Origin: a virus
Taxonomy: Duplodnaviria; Heunggongvirae; Uroviricota; Caudoviricetes
Direction: 5' to 3' (one strand)
Length of the DNA stretch: 16,041 bases
IMG/VR virus record: IMGVR_UViG_3300029877_000022
Location: 1 to 16,041 of that record
The position numbers and the translations under genes were made by a program. Below, one piece after another: positions 1 through 8,716 of the stretch; within the stretch, counting starts at the first letter, position 1; each line of letters opens with the position of its first letter. The notes below the pieces were generated by a model. That model was not told where the DNA came from. It did no database searches and was given only the letters and a program-made list of their open reading frames with translations.

Positions 1-99
1 CTCTGCGCTGAAATTTCTTTTTTTCATTGGAGCACCTGTGTTGTTCTGAGGTGAGCATATCACCTCTGTTCAGGTGGCCAAATTCAGTGTGCCACTTCA
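1..99 (-). mobile_element. IS3-family insertion sequence end (IS911-like): terminal inverted repeat plus first codons of orfA; element continues beyond the window start
   Basis: Reverse complement of 1..99 reads TGAAGTGGCACACTGAATTTGGCCACCTGAACAGAGGTGATATGCTCACCTCAGAACAACACAGGTGCTCCA followed by ATGAAAAAAAGAAATTTCAGCGCAGAG (MKKRNFSAE). I recognise this from memory as the IS911-type left end and orfA start; not verified by alignment. Element tip at position 99, minus-strand ATG at 26..28. Confidence 0.8.
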
Positions 100-220
100 T
101 CCTGACTTGGTAGGAGCCATTGTCCAATTTGTCTAGGAAGATATAAGTTTCATTATCATGACCCGTATTTCGGTAAAAAATTTGCTTTGAGTTCATTAAA
201 GAAATCCTCTAGAGAAAACT

Positions 221-748
221 ATGGCACTCACCGACAAGCAAGAAATGTTCTGTCGCGAGTACCTCATCGATTTAAACGCCACGCAAGCGGCTATTCGGGC
301 GGGGTACAGCGCAAAAACAGCCAACCGTACCGCATCCGAAAACCTGTCAAAACCTGACATACAATTCAGAATCTCCGAATTGAAAGCACAACGCAATGAC
401 TCTGTTGGAATAAATGCAGAATACGTACTTAATCGCCTTCTTGAAATCGACCAGATGGATGTGCTCGACATTCTCCTGCAAAACGGTGAGTTAAAGCCCA
501 TTAAAGACTGGCCTAAAGTATGGCGCACAACGCTATCAGGAATGGATGTCGTGGAGATGGTATCCGCAGATAGTTCCGCACTTCTGAAGAAAATCAAATG
601 GCCAGATAAGGTCAAAAACCTCGAACTTCTTGGTAAGCATGTTTCCGTTCAGGCATTTAAAGAACAAGCTTCTCATGAGCTAACCGGCAAAGACGGCGGC
701 GCAATCCAGATTGAAACATCACCGATGAGCACTCTATTCGGAAAATGA
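221..748 (+). CDS. Terminase small subunit (Terminase_2-type, N-terminal HTH)
   Basis: 175-aa ORF immediately upstream of and overlapping the large terminase (ATGA overlap at 745..748). N-terminus LTDKQEMFCREYLIDLNATQAAIRAGYSAKTA matches the conserved motif of the phage small terminase family as I recall it. Position is first gene of the packaging/structural operon. Confidence 0.85.
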   Translation: MALTDKQEMFCREYLIDLNATQAAIRAGYSAKTANRTASENLSKPDIQFRISELKAQRNDSVGINAEYVLNRLLEIDQMDVLDILLQNGELKPIKDWPKVWRTTLSGMDVVEMVSADSSALLKKIKWPDKVKNLELLGKHVSVQAFKEQASHELTGKDGGAIQIETSPMSTLFGK

Positions 749-2160
749 CCTCGATTAATCCTATCTTTGAACCGTTCATTGAGGCGCATCGCTACAAAGT
801 CGCCAAAGGCGGTCGAGGTAGCGGTAAGTCATGGGCAATTGCGAGGCTGCTTGTTGAAGCGGCGCGTCGGCAGCCTGTGCGCATCCTCTGTGCTCGTGAA
901 CTGCAAAACAGTATCAGCGATTCGGTAATCCGGTTGCTTGAAGACACCATCGAGCGGGAAGGGTATTCGGCTGAGTTTGAAATTCAGCGTTCAATGATTC
1001 GTCATCTCGGAACGAATGCTGAATTCATGTTCTACGGCATCAAAAACAACCCGACGAAGATTAAATCGCTCGAAGGCATTGATATCTGCTGGGTGGAAGA
1101 AGCGGAAGCGGTAACGAAGGAATCATGGGATATCCTGATCCCAACCATCCGTAAGCCGTTCTCTGAAATATGGGTGAGCTTTAACCCGAAGAACATCCTC
1201 GACGATACCTATCAGCGATTCGTCGTAAATCCTCCCGATGATATTTGCCTGCTGACGGTGAACTACACCGACAACCCGCACTTTCCTGAAGTTCTCCGTC
1301 TGGAGATGGAAGAGTGCAAACGCAGAAATCCGACACTGTATCGTCACATCTGGCTTGGTGAGCCAGTAAGCGCAAGTGATATGGCAATCATCAAACGTGA
1401 ATGGCTTGAAGCCGCAACCGATGCGCACAAGAAACTCGGATGGAAAGCGAAAGGCGCGGTTGTCTCTGCGCATGACCCGTCAGATACAGGGCCAGATGCT
1501 AAAGGTTACGCATCGCGTCACGGTTCGGTGGTTAAGCGCATTGCCGAAGGTCTGCTGATGGACATCAACGAGGGTGCTGACTGGGCTACTTCGCTGGCGA
1601 TTGAAGACGGCGCTGACCATTACCTGTGGGATGGTGATGGTGTTGGTGCCGGGCTACGCAGACAGACAACGGAAGCGTTCTCCGGTAAGAAAATCACCGC
1701 CACGATGTTTAAGGGTAGTGAATCGCCATTCGATGAAGATGCGCCTTATCAGGCCGGAGCATGGGCTGATGAAGTCGTACAGGGCGACAACGTTCGCACT
1801 GTTGGCGATGTGTTCCGCAATAAGCGAGCGCAATTCTATTACGCACTGGCTGACAGGCTGTATCTGACATATCGGGCGGTTGTCCACGGTGAGTATGCAG
1901 ACCCCGACGACATGCTGAGCTTCGACAAAGAAGCGATAGGCGAGAAGATGCTGGAGAAGCTGTTTGCAGAACTGACGCAGATTCAGCGCAAATTCAATAA
2001 TAACGGGAAGCTGGAGCTTATGACTAAGGTCGAAATGAAGCAGAAGCTCGGTATTCCATCTCCTAACCTGGCTGATGCGCTGATGATGTGTATGCATTGC
2101 CCGGAGTCGGCTGCGCAACCCGACTATTCCAGTTACTCAATTCCTTGTGGTGTAGGTTGA
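745..2160 (+). CDS. Terminase large subunit (ATPase/nuclease)
   Basis: 471-aa ORF with Walker A-like KGGRGSGKS near the N-terminus. Size and sequence recalled as very close to the Sf6-type large terminase (about 470 aa). Start overlaps the small terminase stop. Confidence 0.9.
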   Translation: MTSINPIFEPFIEAHRYKVAKGGRGSGKSWAIARLLVEAARRQPVRILCARELQNSISDSVIRLLEDTIEREGYSAEFEIQRSMIRHLGTNAEFMFYGIKNNPTKIKSLEGIDICWVEEAEAVTKESWDILIPTIRKPFSEIWVSFNPKNILDDTYQRFVVNPPDDICLLTVNYTDNPHFPEVLRLEMEECKRRNPTLYRHIWLGEPVSASDMAIIKREWLEAATDAHKKLGWKAKGAVVSAHDPSDTGPDAKGYASRHGSVVKRIAEGLLMDINEGADWATSLAIEDGADHYLWDGDGVGAGLRRQTTEAFSGKKITATMFKGSESPFDEDAPYQAGAWADEVVQGDNVRTVGDVFRNKRAQFYYALADRLYLTYRAVVHGEYADPDDMLSFDKEAIGEKMLEKLFAELTQIQRKFNNNGKLELMTKVEMKQKLGIPSPNLADALMMCMHCPESAAQPDYSSYSIPCGVG

Positions 2161-2161
2161 T

Positions 2162-4360
2162 ATGGCAGAAAAAAAGATGACTGACTGGCATCGCAAGGTG
2201 CTGTGCAACTTTGATAATGCCTGGTCAGCAACGCAGGATATGCGTGAGCAGATTATTGAGGCTCAACGTTTCGTCCGGGTGTCCGGCGCACAGTGGGAAG
2301 GCAGCACAAACGCTGGTTACTCATTTGATGAAGGCAGGTTTGAGCATTACCCGCGCTTTGAACTGAATAAGATTGCCCGTGAATGTGATCGCATCATTGG
2401 CGAGTATCGACAGAATCGCATCAGCGTTAAATTCAGGCCGAAGGACGATAAGGCATCGGAAGCGTTGGCCGAAAAGATGAACGGCAAATTCCGCGCTGAC
2501 TATCAGGAAACATCCGGTGGCGAAGCGTGTGATAACGCATTTGATGATGCTGTAACGGGTGGATTCGGTTGTTTCCGCATGTGTGCCGATTACGAAGATG
2601 AAATGGATCCGAGTAACGAGCAACGCCGTATAAGCCTTCTTCCTGTTTACGACCCAGCGACATGCGTCTTCTTTGATCAGGACAGCAAGCAATATGACCG
2701 CTCTGATGCTATGTGGGCTATGGAAATGTTCTCCATGACGCCCAAAGCGTTCGAGGCTGAATACCCTGATTCCATCGCGGCAAGCCTTTCTCGTGATGAC
2801 ACTGGCACTCAATATGACTGGTCAACGCCCGATGCCATCTATGTTGGACGCTACTACGAAGTTCGCATAGAGAAGGTGAAGCTCACGGCGTGGCGCAACC
2901 CTGTTAGCGGAGAAACGGCAATCTATGATGAAGAGCAAATCAAAGATGTTGTCGACGAGCTAACCGATGGCGCATTCGAACTGATTGGTGAGCGAACGGT
3001 GAAGAAACGCCGCGTTTATTGCGGCCTTCTGTCTGGCGCTGAATGGCTGGAAGAACCGAAGCGTATTCCGGGCGAACATATTCCTCTCATCCCGGTATAT
3101 GGGCGTCGCTCATTTGTTGATAATCAGGAGCGAATCGAAGGCCACGCAGCAAAAGCGATGGATGCACAGCGTCTTGAGAACCTGATGGTTTCCATGATTG
3201 CAGATAACGCTACTCAGGCTGGCGGTGATGGCATTCCTGTAGTTGATGTTGACATGATTCCTGGTCCTCTCGCCAATCATTGGGCGGAGCGCAACAAAAA
3301 GCGCCCGGCGTTCCTGCCGATGGTAAGTCTGAAAAACAAAAACGGAGATATTACTGCGCAGGCTCAGGTCAGCAGTTATACACCTCCAACACAAATGCCT
3401 CCTGCTCTTGCCGGGCTATTACAGTACACCGGAACGGCTATTCAGCAAATTACAGGTGCGTCGCAGCTTGAGAACATGCCGAGCAACGTCGCTACCGATA
3501 CCGTTGATAGCATCTTTAACAGGATGGACACGCAGTCATATATCTACATGGACAACATGGCTAAATCCATGCGTCGCGCTGGCGTTGTGTGGCTTTCTAT
3601 GGCGCGTGAGGTCTATGGCAGCGATACGCCAATGCGCATCGTTAATGAGGACGGCAGCGATGACGTGGCGCTGATGACTGGTGAAGTGGTTGACCGTCAG
3701 ACAGGGCAGGTTATCGCGCTTAACGACCTTTCGCAGGGTAACTATGAAGTGACTGTCGATGTCGGTCAGTCGTTCGCTACTCGCCGTGATGCAACGGTTA
3801 AGTCGTTACTTTCCATGCTGGCACTTATCCCACCAGGAACGCCGAAGCACGACCTTGTATCGTCGATGATTCTCGACAATATGGACGGCGAAGGGATGGA
3901 CGATCTTAAAGAATACAACCGCAATCAGTTGCTTCTGTCTGGAGTTATCAAGCCGAGAACACCAGAAGAACAGCAGATGGTTGAGCAGGCGAAACAACAA
4001 CAGGCCAGTCAGCCGGATCCGGCTATGGTTGCAGCGCAAGGTCAGCTTCTTGCTGGTCAGGCTGAATTGCAGAAAGCGCAGAACGAACAGGCAGCCATTC
4101 AGGTTAAAGCATTCCAGGCACAGACTGATGCTCAGGTTGCTGCGGCAAACGTTGTGAAAATCCTCGCATCTGCCGATAGCCAGCAGAAATCTGATATCCG
4201 CGAGGCTCTGAAACTGCTCGGACAGTTCCAGCAACAGCAAGGAGACAATGCCCGTGCTGATGCAGAGCTTGTCCTGAAAAGTCAGGCGCAGGGACATGCA
4301 CAACGCATGGACATCAGCAGCATCCTGCAAAAATCAACTCAGCAACAACCACAGCAATAA
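2162..4360 (+). CDS. Portal protein (P22 gp1-like)
   Basis: 732-aa ORF directly after the large terminase (stop 2158..2160, ATG 2162). Size close to P22 portal (725 aa). Shares recalled motifs with P22 gp1 (GEHIPLIPVYG, KPRTPEEQQ, DPAMVAAQGQLLAGQAELQKAQN) and has a Q-rich helical C-terminal tail. Confidence 0.9.
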   Translation: MAEKKMTDWHRKVLCNFDNAWSATQDMREQIIEAQRFVRVSGAQWEGSTNAGYSFDEGRFEHYPRFELNKIARECDRIIGEYRQNRISVKFRPKDDKASEALAEKMNGKFRADYQETSGGEACDNAFDDAVTGGFGCFRMCADYEDEMDPSNEQRRISLLPVYDPATCVFFDQDSKQYDRSDAMWAMEMFSMTPKAFEAEYPDSIAASLSRDDTGTQYDWSTPDAIYVGRYYEVRIEKVKLTAWRNPVSGETAIYDEEQIKDVVDELTDGAFELIGERTVKKRRVYCGLLSGAEWLEEPKRIPGEHIPLIPVYGRRSFVDNQERIEGHAAKAMDAQRLENLMVSMIADNATQAGGDGIPVVDVDMIPGPLANHWAERNKKRPAFLPMVSLKNKNGDITAQAQVSSYTPPTQMPPALAGLLQYTGTAIQQITGASQLENMPSNVATDTVDSIFNRMDTQSYIYMDNMAKSMRRAGVVWLSMAREVYGSDTPMRIVNEDGSDDVALMTGEVVDRQTGQVIALNDLSQGNYEVTVDVGQSFATRRDATVKSLLSMLALIPPGTPKHDLVSSMILDNMDGEGMDDLKEYNRNQLLLSGVIKPRTPEEQQMVEQAKQQQASQPDPAMVAAQGQLLAGQAELQKAQNEQAAIQVKAFQAQTDAQVAAANVVKILASADSQQKSDIREALKLLGQFQQQQGDNARADAELVLKSQAQGHAQRMDISSILQKSTQQQPQQ

Positions 4361-4450
4361 TTAACCCATAACGTGCAATGGCTGTCTTTATGAGGCCTGG
4401 CACCCTATTGCCTTCCGATGGGCTGAACATCGAGTAAACAGGGGTAACAA

Positions 4451-5344
4451 ATGGACCAGATGGCAGAAAACACACCAGAAGTTGAAATCGAAACCGACGC
4501 GTCAGAGCAGATTCCTGATGATGTCGAACTGGCTGAAGAAGTCGAAACAGAAGATGGCAGTGAGTCCTCCGGCAATGGTGCAGAGGAAGCTAGTGAAACT
4601 GATGACGACGAATCAGAACAGGAATTCTACTTTGGTGACGAAAAGCTGGATTCGCCAACCAGCGAAGATGGCGCAGAGCATGGACTGGTAAAACACCTGC
4701 GCAAGACGATTAAAGAGAAAGACCGCGAGCTGAAAGAGCTGATGCGTCAGTCTCAGAAACCCGTCGAGCAGCAGCCGGTAATCACTCTACCACCGCGGAT
4801 GCCAAAACTGGACGATGAGGACATCGGTTTCGATGAAGAAATCTACCAGCAACGCATGGCTAAGTGGGCAGAGGATAACGGCAAGTACCAGCAACAGGAG
4901 ATGGCTCGCAAGCAGAAGGAGCAGGAGCTTCAGGCTGCCTATCAAGAGCGATTATCCAAATATCAGCAACGTGTTAAGGCTCTCAAAGTTCCTGGCTATC
5001 AGGAAGCTGAGCAGGCCGTACTCGAGGAAATCCCCATCGAGACACAAAACGCGATCCTGTTTGAGTCAGAGAAGCCGGAAATCGTTGTTCTGGCGCTCGG
5101 TCGCAACGCTGAACTGCGCAAGCAACTGGCAGAAGCTACAAACCCCGTAGCAATTGGTCGTCTGCTGGAACGTATCGAATCGAAGGCCAGAATCATGCCA
5201 AAAGCAAAAACCACGGCAGCCACAACCCCGACAGTTAAGGGGAGCAACGGCGCAGTAATCAATAACCTCGACAAACTGAAAGCCAAGGCGCTGGAAACTG
5301 GTGACTGGACGCCGTATTTCGCCGCTAAAAAGGCAAAAAAATAA
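4451..5344 (+). CDS. Scaffolding protein (P22 gp8-like)
   Basis: 297-aa ORF between portal and coat. Very acidic N-terminus (D/E-rich), charged coiled-coil-like middle, basic C-terminus. Size near P22 gp8 (303 aa). RBS-like AGGGG 8 nt upstream of the ATG. Confidence 0.8.
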   Translation: MDQMAENTPEVEIETDASEQIPDDVELAEEVETEDGSESSGNGAEEASETDDDESEQEFYFGDEKLDSPTSEDGAEHGLVKHLRKTIKEKDRELKELMRQSQKPVEQQPVITLPPRMPKLDDEDIGFDEEIYQQRMAKWAEDNGKYQQQEMARKQKEQELQAAYQERLSKYQQRVKALKVPGYQEAEQAVLEEIPIETQNAILFESEKPEIVVLALGRNAELRKQLAEATNPVAIGRLLERIESKARIMPKAKTTAATTPTVKGSNGAVINNLDKLKAKALETGDWTPYFAAKKAKK

Positions 5345-5362
5345 CCTATCGGAGCATTAAGC

Positions 5363-6616
5363 ATGGCTAACCAATTAGCAAAAGACCTTGAAATCATGTT
5401 CGAAAACTACGTTGAAGGCTTTGAGGCCGCCTGCGTAGTTTCCCGTAACGCTAAAAAATTCCGTCCCGGTGATACAGCAATGCAGCGAGCAGGTGATGTT
5501 CTGTATCGTCCGCAGCATTACCACATGAACATTGAGGAAGGCCTCGACCTCAGCGGCAAAACGCCAACAGCACTGGTTCAGCGCCTTGTTCCTTCTGTGT
5601 TCAAGGAGCCGAAAAACATTCTGTACACTCTGGATGCGCGTGAAATGCGTGACCCGGAACATAAAACTGAAGCTGGTCGCGCCGCAGGTATGCGCCTTGC
5701 TGCACAGATTGACTCGGACCTGATTTCCATGGTCACGCAGCGTGCTACTAACGTGATCACAATGGCTGACTCAACCACTGGTTCACAGGGCCGTGATTTG
5801 TGGAACTGTGCGGCAGGTATTGATGCCACCATGACGGCGATTGGTGTACCACAGGGTATCAACCGCCGCTCTTTCTGGAACCCCTTCAACTACAAAGACC
5901 TTGCTGGCGAGCTTGGTCACCGTGCCTATGCTCAGGGCGCAACCCTGACAGCATACGAAAAAGCGCAGATCCCTCCGGTTGCTTCCTTTGATAGCTACAA
6001 GACCGATATTTCTGGTCGATTACCGAAAGGAAGCACTGAATCCTTGACAGTATCAGGCCAACCTGAACACAAGGTTGAAGCGAAAGATTCAAATGGTATG
6101 CCAGTTGATAACCGACAGGGGACTATTACGGTATCTGCATCTGGCTTGCAGGTTGGTGATGCGTTCACCATTGCCGGTGTGAATTCCGTACACCAGATCA
6201 CAAAAGATACCACCGGTCAACCGCAGGTATTCCGTGTTCTGGCTGTTAGCGGAAATACCGTAACAATTTCTCCAAAGATTCTCCCTGTTGAAAATACTGA
6301 TGTTGCGAGTCGTCCATATGCAAACGTCGATGCCAAACCGGCAGAATCAGCAGCAATCACCATTCTCAACAAGAACGCAGCACCTGCTAACCTGTTCTGG
6401 GCTGATGGTTCTGTTGAGCTTATGTACGGCAAACTGGCGTTCCCGACTGGTCAGGGTCCACAGGTAATGACAGCAACCACCGAGCAGGGCGCTACGCTGA
6501 TCATGTCTTACGCCTTCGACCACATCAAAGGCGTAACCACTGCTCGTTTCACCACTCTGTACGGTTGCTCTGTACTTGTTCCTGAATATACGGGCATCGT
6601 TATTGCCGGGCAGTAA
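5363..6616 (+). CDS. Major coat (capsid) protein (P22 gp5-like)
   Basis: 417-aa ORF after the scaffold gene with GGAG RBS. Size near P22 coat (430 aa). C-terminal region NLFWADGSVELMYGK resembles P22 coat NVFWADDAIRIVSQ from memory. Followed by a terminator hairpin. Confidence 0.85.
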   Translation: MANQLAKDLEIMFENYVEGFEAACVVSRNAKKFRPGDTAMQRAGDVLYRPQHYHMNIEEGLDLSGKTPTALVQRLVPSVFKEPKNILYTLDAREMRDPEHKTEAGRAAGMRLAAQIDSDLISMVTQRATNVITMADSTTGSQGRDLWNCAAGIDATMTAIGVPQGINRRSFWNPFNYKDLAGELGHRAYAQGATLTAYEKAQIPPVASFDSYKTDISGRLPKGSTESLTVSGQPEHKVEAKDSNGMPVDNRQGTITVSASGLQVGDAFTIAGVNSVHQITKDTTGQPQVFRVLAVSGNTVTISPKILPVENTDVASRPYANVDAKPAESAAITILNKNAAPANLFWADGSVELMYGKLAFPTGQGPQVMTATTEQGATLIMSYAFDHIKGVTTARFTTLYGCSVLVPEYTGIVIAGQ

Positions 6617-6620
6617 TTTT

Positions 6621-6646
6621 GGTGGGGCTTCGGCCCCATTTTTATT
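6621..6646 (+). terminator. Rho-independent terminator/attenuator after the coat gene
   Basis: GGGGC-TTCG-GCCCC stem-loop (6624..6637) with a TTCG tetraloop, followed by ATTTTTATT. Lies 5 nt after the coat stop codon. Confidence 0.65.
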
Positions 6647-6657
6647 GGGAGAAGACA

Positions 6658-6846
6658 ATGGCACGAACAATGCTCTATAAGCCTGGCAACATGATCACCT
6701 GTGGTCAGTTTGCTGTCGATTACATCATTGTTGATGACGAAGAAGTTAAATCTCACCTGAAAAAAGGTTGGGTAAAAACTCCTGAAGAAACCGCAACGAA
6801 GCAAAAAGTGGCTAAGGCGGAAGAAGATGGCGAAAACGAAGGGTGA
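6658..6846 (+). CDS. Small hypothetical protein (62 aa) between coat and gp4-like genes
   Basis: ORF-track frame 6619..6846. I place the start at ATG 6658 because GGGAGAAG sits 4 to 11 nt upstream and the 6619 start would lie inside the terminator hairpin. Acidic C-terminus. The 3' end overlaps the gp4-like start by 20 nt. Function unknown. Confidence 0.55.
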   Translation: MARTMLYKPGNMITCGQFAVDYIIVDDEEVKSHLKKGWVKTPEETATKQKVAKAEEDGENEG

Positions 6847-7288
6847 TCTCGTTCTAAAGGCTTTACGAAAAGCCGGGCTGTATTCCAGTGCCACGTTGAC
6901 AGATGCTGACCCTCAGGCAATTGAAGATGCCATTAATGACCTCGAAGACATGATGGCAGCATGGCAGGCTAAAGGTATCGAGCTTGGGTATCAGTTTGCT
7001 GATACAGAAAACGGCATCATGCCGTTACCGGACGATGATTCAGGTATCCCTGCATGGGCAAATGATGGCGTCGCTTTGAAACTCGCTGTGCAAGTGTGCA
7101 TGGATAACGTCATTCAGCCGTCAGACGCTCTCCTTACCGCTGCTGACAGTGCATATCAGACAATCTGTATCGCTTTAACCAAAATACCACCACTTGAGCG
7201 GCGAAATGACATGCCTCGCGGTAGTGGTAACAAAAGCGCGTTTACGTGGAATCGGTTTTACATCGAGAAAGATGATCCGAGTACGTGA
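6827..7288 (+). CDS. Head completion / portal-binding tail adaptor (P22 gp4-like)
   Basis: 153-aa ORF. N-terminus MAKTKGDLVLKALRKAGLYSSATLTDADPQAIEDAINDLEDMMAAW closely parallels recalled P22 gp4 ([44 protein letters not shown]). Gene order matches P22. Confidence 0.85.
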   Translation: MAKTKGDLVLKALRKAGLYSSATLTDADPQAIEDAINDLEDMMAAWQAKGIELGYQFADTENGIMPLPDDDSGIPAWANDGVALKLAVQVCMDNVIQPSDALLTAADSAYQTICIALTKIPPLERRNDMPRGSGNKSAFTWNRFYIEKDDPST

Positions 7289-7297
7289 GGTGAATAA

Positions 7298-8716
7298 ATG
7301 CCGATTCAGCAACTTCCGCTTATGAAAGGTGTCGGCAAAGACTTTCGAAACGCCGACTATATCGACTATCTGCCAGTGAATATGTTGGCTACACCCAAAG
7401 AAATCCTGAACAGCAGCGGATATCTTCGCTCATTCCCGGGCATTGCCAAACGTTCTGATGTGAACGGCGTATCGCGAGGCGTCGAGTACAACATGGCGCA
7501 GAATGCTGTTTATCGCGTGTGTGGTGGCAAACTGTATAAGGGCGAAAGTGAGGTCGGTGATGTTGCCGGAAGTGGTCGCGTATCAATGGCGCATGGTCGA
7601 ACATCACAGGCGGTAGGCGTTAACGGGCAACTGGTCGAATACCGCTATGATGGCACGGTTAAAACCGTCTCAAACTGGCCTGCAGACAGCGGGTTTACGC
7701 AGTATGAGTTAGGTTCGGTTCGCGACATTACGCGTTTACGTGGGCGTTATGCGTGGTCAAAAGACGGCACTGATTCATGGTTTATCACTGACCTTGAAGA
7801 CGAATCGCATCCTGACCGTTACAGCGCACAATATCGTGCCGAGTCTCAGCCGGACGGCATCATCGGTATCGGGACATGGCGAGACTTCATCGTCTGCTTT
7901 GGTTCATCGACTATTGAATATTTCTCCCTTACTGGCGCAACCACCGTTGGTGCTGCTTTGTATGTCGCACAGCCATCACTGATGGTGCAAAAAGGCATCG
8001 CCGGGACTTACTGCAAAACGCCGTTTGCTGATTCTTATGCATTCATCAGCAATCCGGCAACAGGTGCGCCGTCTGTATACATCATCGGCTCCGGTCAGGT
8101 GTTACCAATCGCCAGCGCGAGCATTGAGAAAATCCTCCGCTCCTACACTGCTGATGAACTGGCTGATGGCGTGATGGAATCGTTGCGGTTTGATGCTCAT
8201 GAGTTGCTGATTATTCACCTGCCGCGCCATGTACTCGTGTACGACGCATCTTCAAGCGCTAATGGTCCGCAATGGTGTGTGCTGAAAACAGGCCTGTATG
8301 ACGATGTGTACCGCGCTATCGACTTCATTTACGAAGGCAATCAGATAACGTGCGGCGATAAGCTGGAATCGGTTACCGGTAAATTGCAGTTCGATATCAG
8401 CAGCCAGTACGACAAGCAACAGGAACACCTGCTGTTTACTCCATTGTTCAAAGCGGATAACGCAAGAGTGTTTGACCTTGAAGTTGAATCGTCAACTGGT
8501 GTTGCGCAGTACGCTGACCGCCTGTTCCTCTCTGCTACCACTGACGGCATCAATTACGGTCGTGAGCAGATGATTGAGCAGAATGAACCGTTTGTTTACG
8601 ACAAACGCGTTTTGTGGAAGCGAGTCGGGCGCATCAGGAAAAATGTCGGCTTCAAATTGCGCGTTATCACGAAGTCACCTGTCACTCTGTCTGGTTGCCA
8701 GATAAGGATTGAGTAA
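7298..8716 (+). CDS. Tail hub / tail accessory factor (P22 gp10-like)
   Basis: 472-aa ORF, the same length as P22 gp10, in the syntenic position between the gp4-like and tail needle genes. Confidence 0.8.
   Translation: MPIQQLPLMKGVGKDFRNADYIDYLPVNMLATPKEILNSSGYLRSFPGIAKRSDVNGVSRGVEYNMAQNAVYRVCGGKLYKGESEVGDVAGSGRVSMAHGRTSQAVGVNGQLVEYRYDGTVKTVSNWPADSGFTQYELGSVRDITRLRGRYAWSKDGTDSWFITDLEDESHPDRYSAQYRAESQPDGIIGIGTWRDFIVCFGSSTIEYFSLTGATTVGAALYVAQPSLMVQKGIAGTYCKTPFADSYAFISNPATGAPSVYIIGSGQVLPIASASIEKILRSYTADELADGVMESLRFDAHELLIIHLPRHVLVYDASSSANGPQWCVLKTGLYDDVYRAIDFIYEGNQITCGDKLESVTGKLQFDISSQYDKQQEHLLFTPLFKADNARVFDLEVESSTGVAQYADRLFLSATTDGINYGREQMIEQNEPFVYDKRVLWKRVGRIRKNVGFKLRVITKSPVTLSGCQIRIE

Noticed and set aside
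196-615. 139-aa minus-strand ORF overlapping the small terminase gene
   Set aside because: Entirely antisense to a well-supported + strand gene with clear family motifs. No RBS context, and its composition is consistent with a shadow ORF.
1123-2118. Several minus-strand and alternative-frame ORFs (1123..1473, 1181..1387, 1376..1558, 1574..1867, 1654..2118) inside the large terminase gene
   Set aside because: Nested within a 471-aa gene carrying a Walker A motif. Cys/Arg-rich products typical of out-of-frame translation of coding DNA.
2321-4330. Minus-strand and alternative-frame ORFs (2321..2812, 2433..2663, 3110..3394, 3280..3471, 3408..3674, 3806..4330, 4104..4301) inside the portal gene
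   Set aside because: All overlap the 732-aa portal ORF, which has strong synteny and motif support. No independent start signals.
3950-4360. Gln-rich low-complexity C-terminal tail of the portal protein as a possible repeat or novel domain
   Set aside because: P22-family portals are known to end in a long Q-rich alpha-helical barrel, so this is explained by the portal call.
4482-6432. Alternative-frame and antisense ORFs within the scaffold and coat genes (4482..4691, 4815..5150, 4999..5397, 5375..5662, 5532..5723, 5578..5889, 5886..6092, 5995..6213, 6217..6432)
   Set aside because: Shadow ORFs inside two confidently assigned structural genes. None has a plausible RBS or recognisable protein features.
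6619-6657. Upstream start (6619) for the small ORF, giving 75 aa
   Set aside because: That start lies within the coat terminator hairpin and lacks an RBS. The ATG at 6658 has GGGAGAAG upstream.
6347-6894. Minus-strand ORFs 6347..6670 and 6508..6894 spanning the coat 3' end, the terminator and the small ORF
   Set aside because: They would run antisense through a terminator hairpin and two + strand genes. I judged the + strand 62-aa ORF with its RBS to be the more parsimonious reading.
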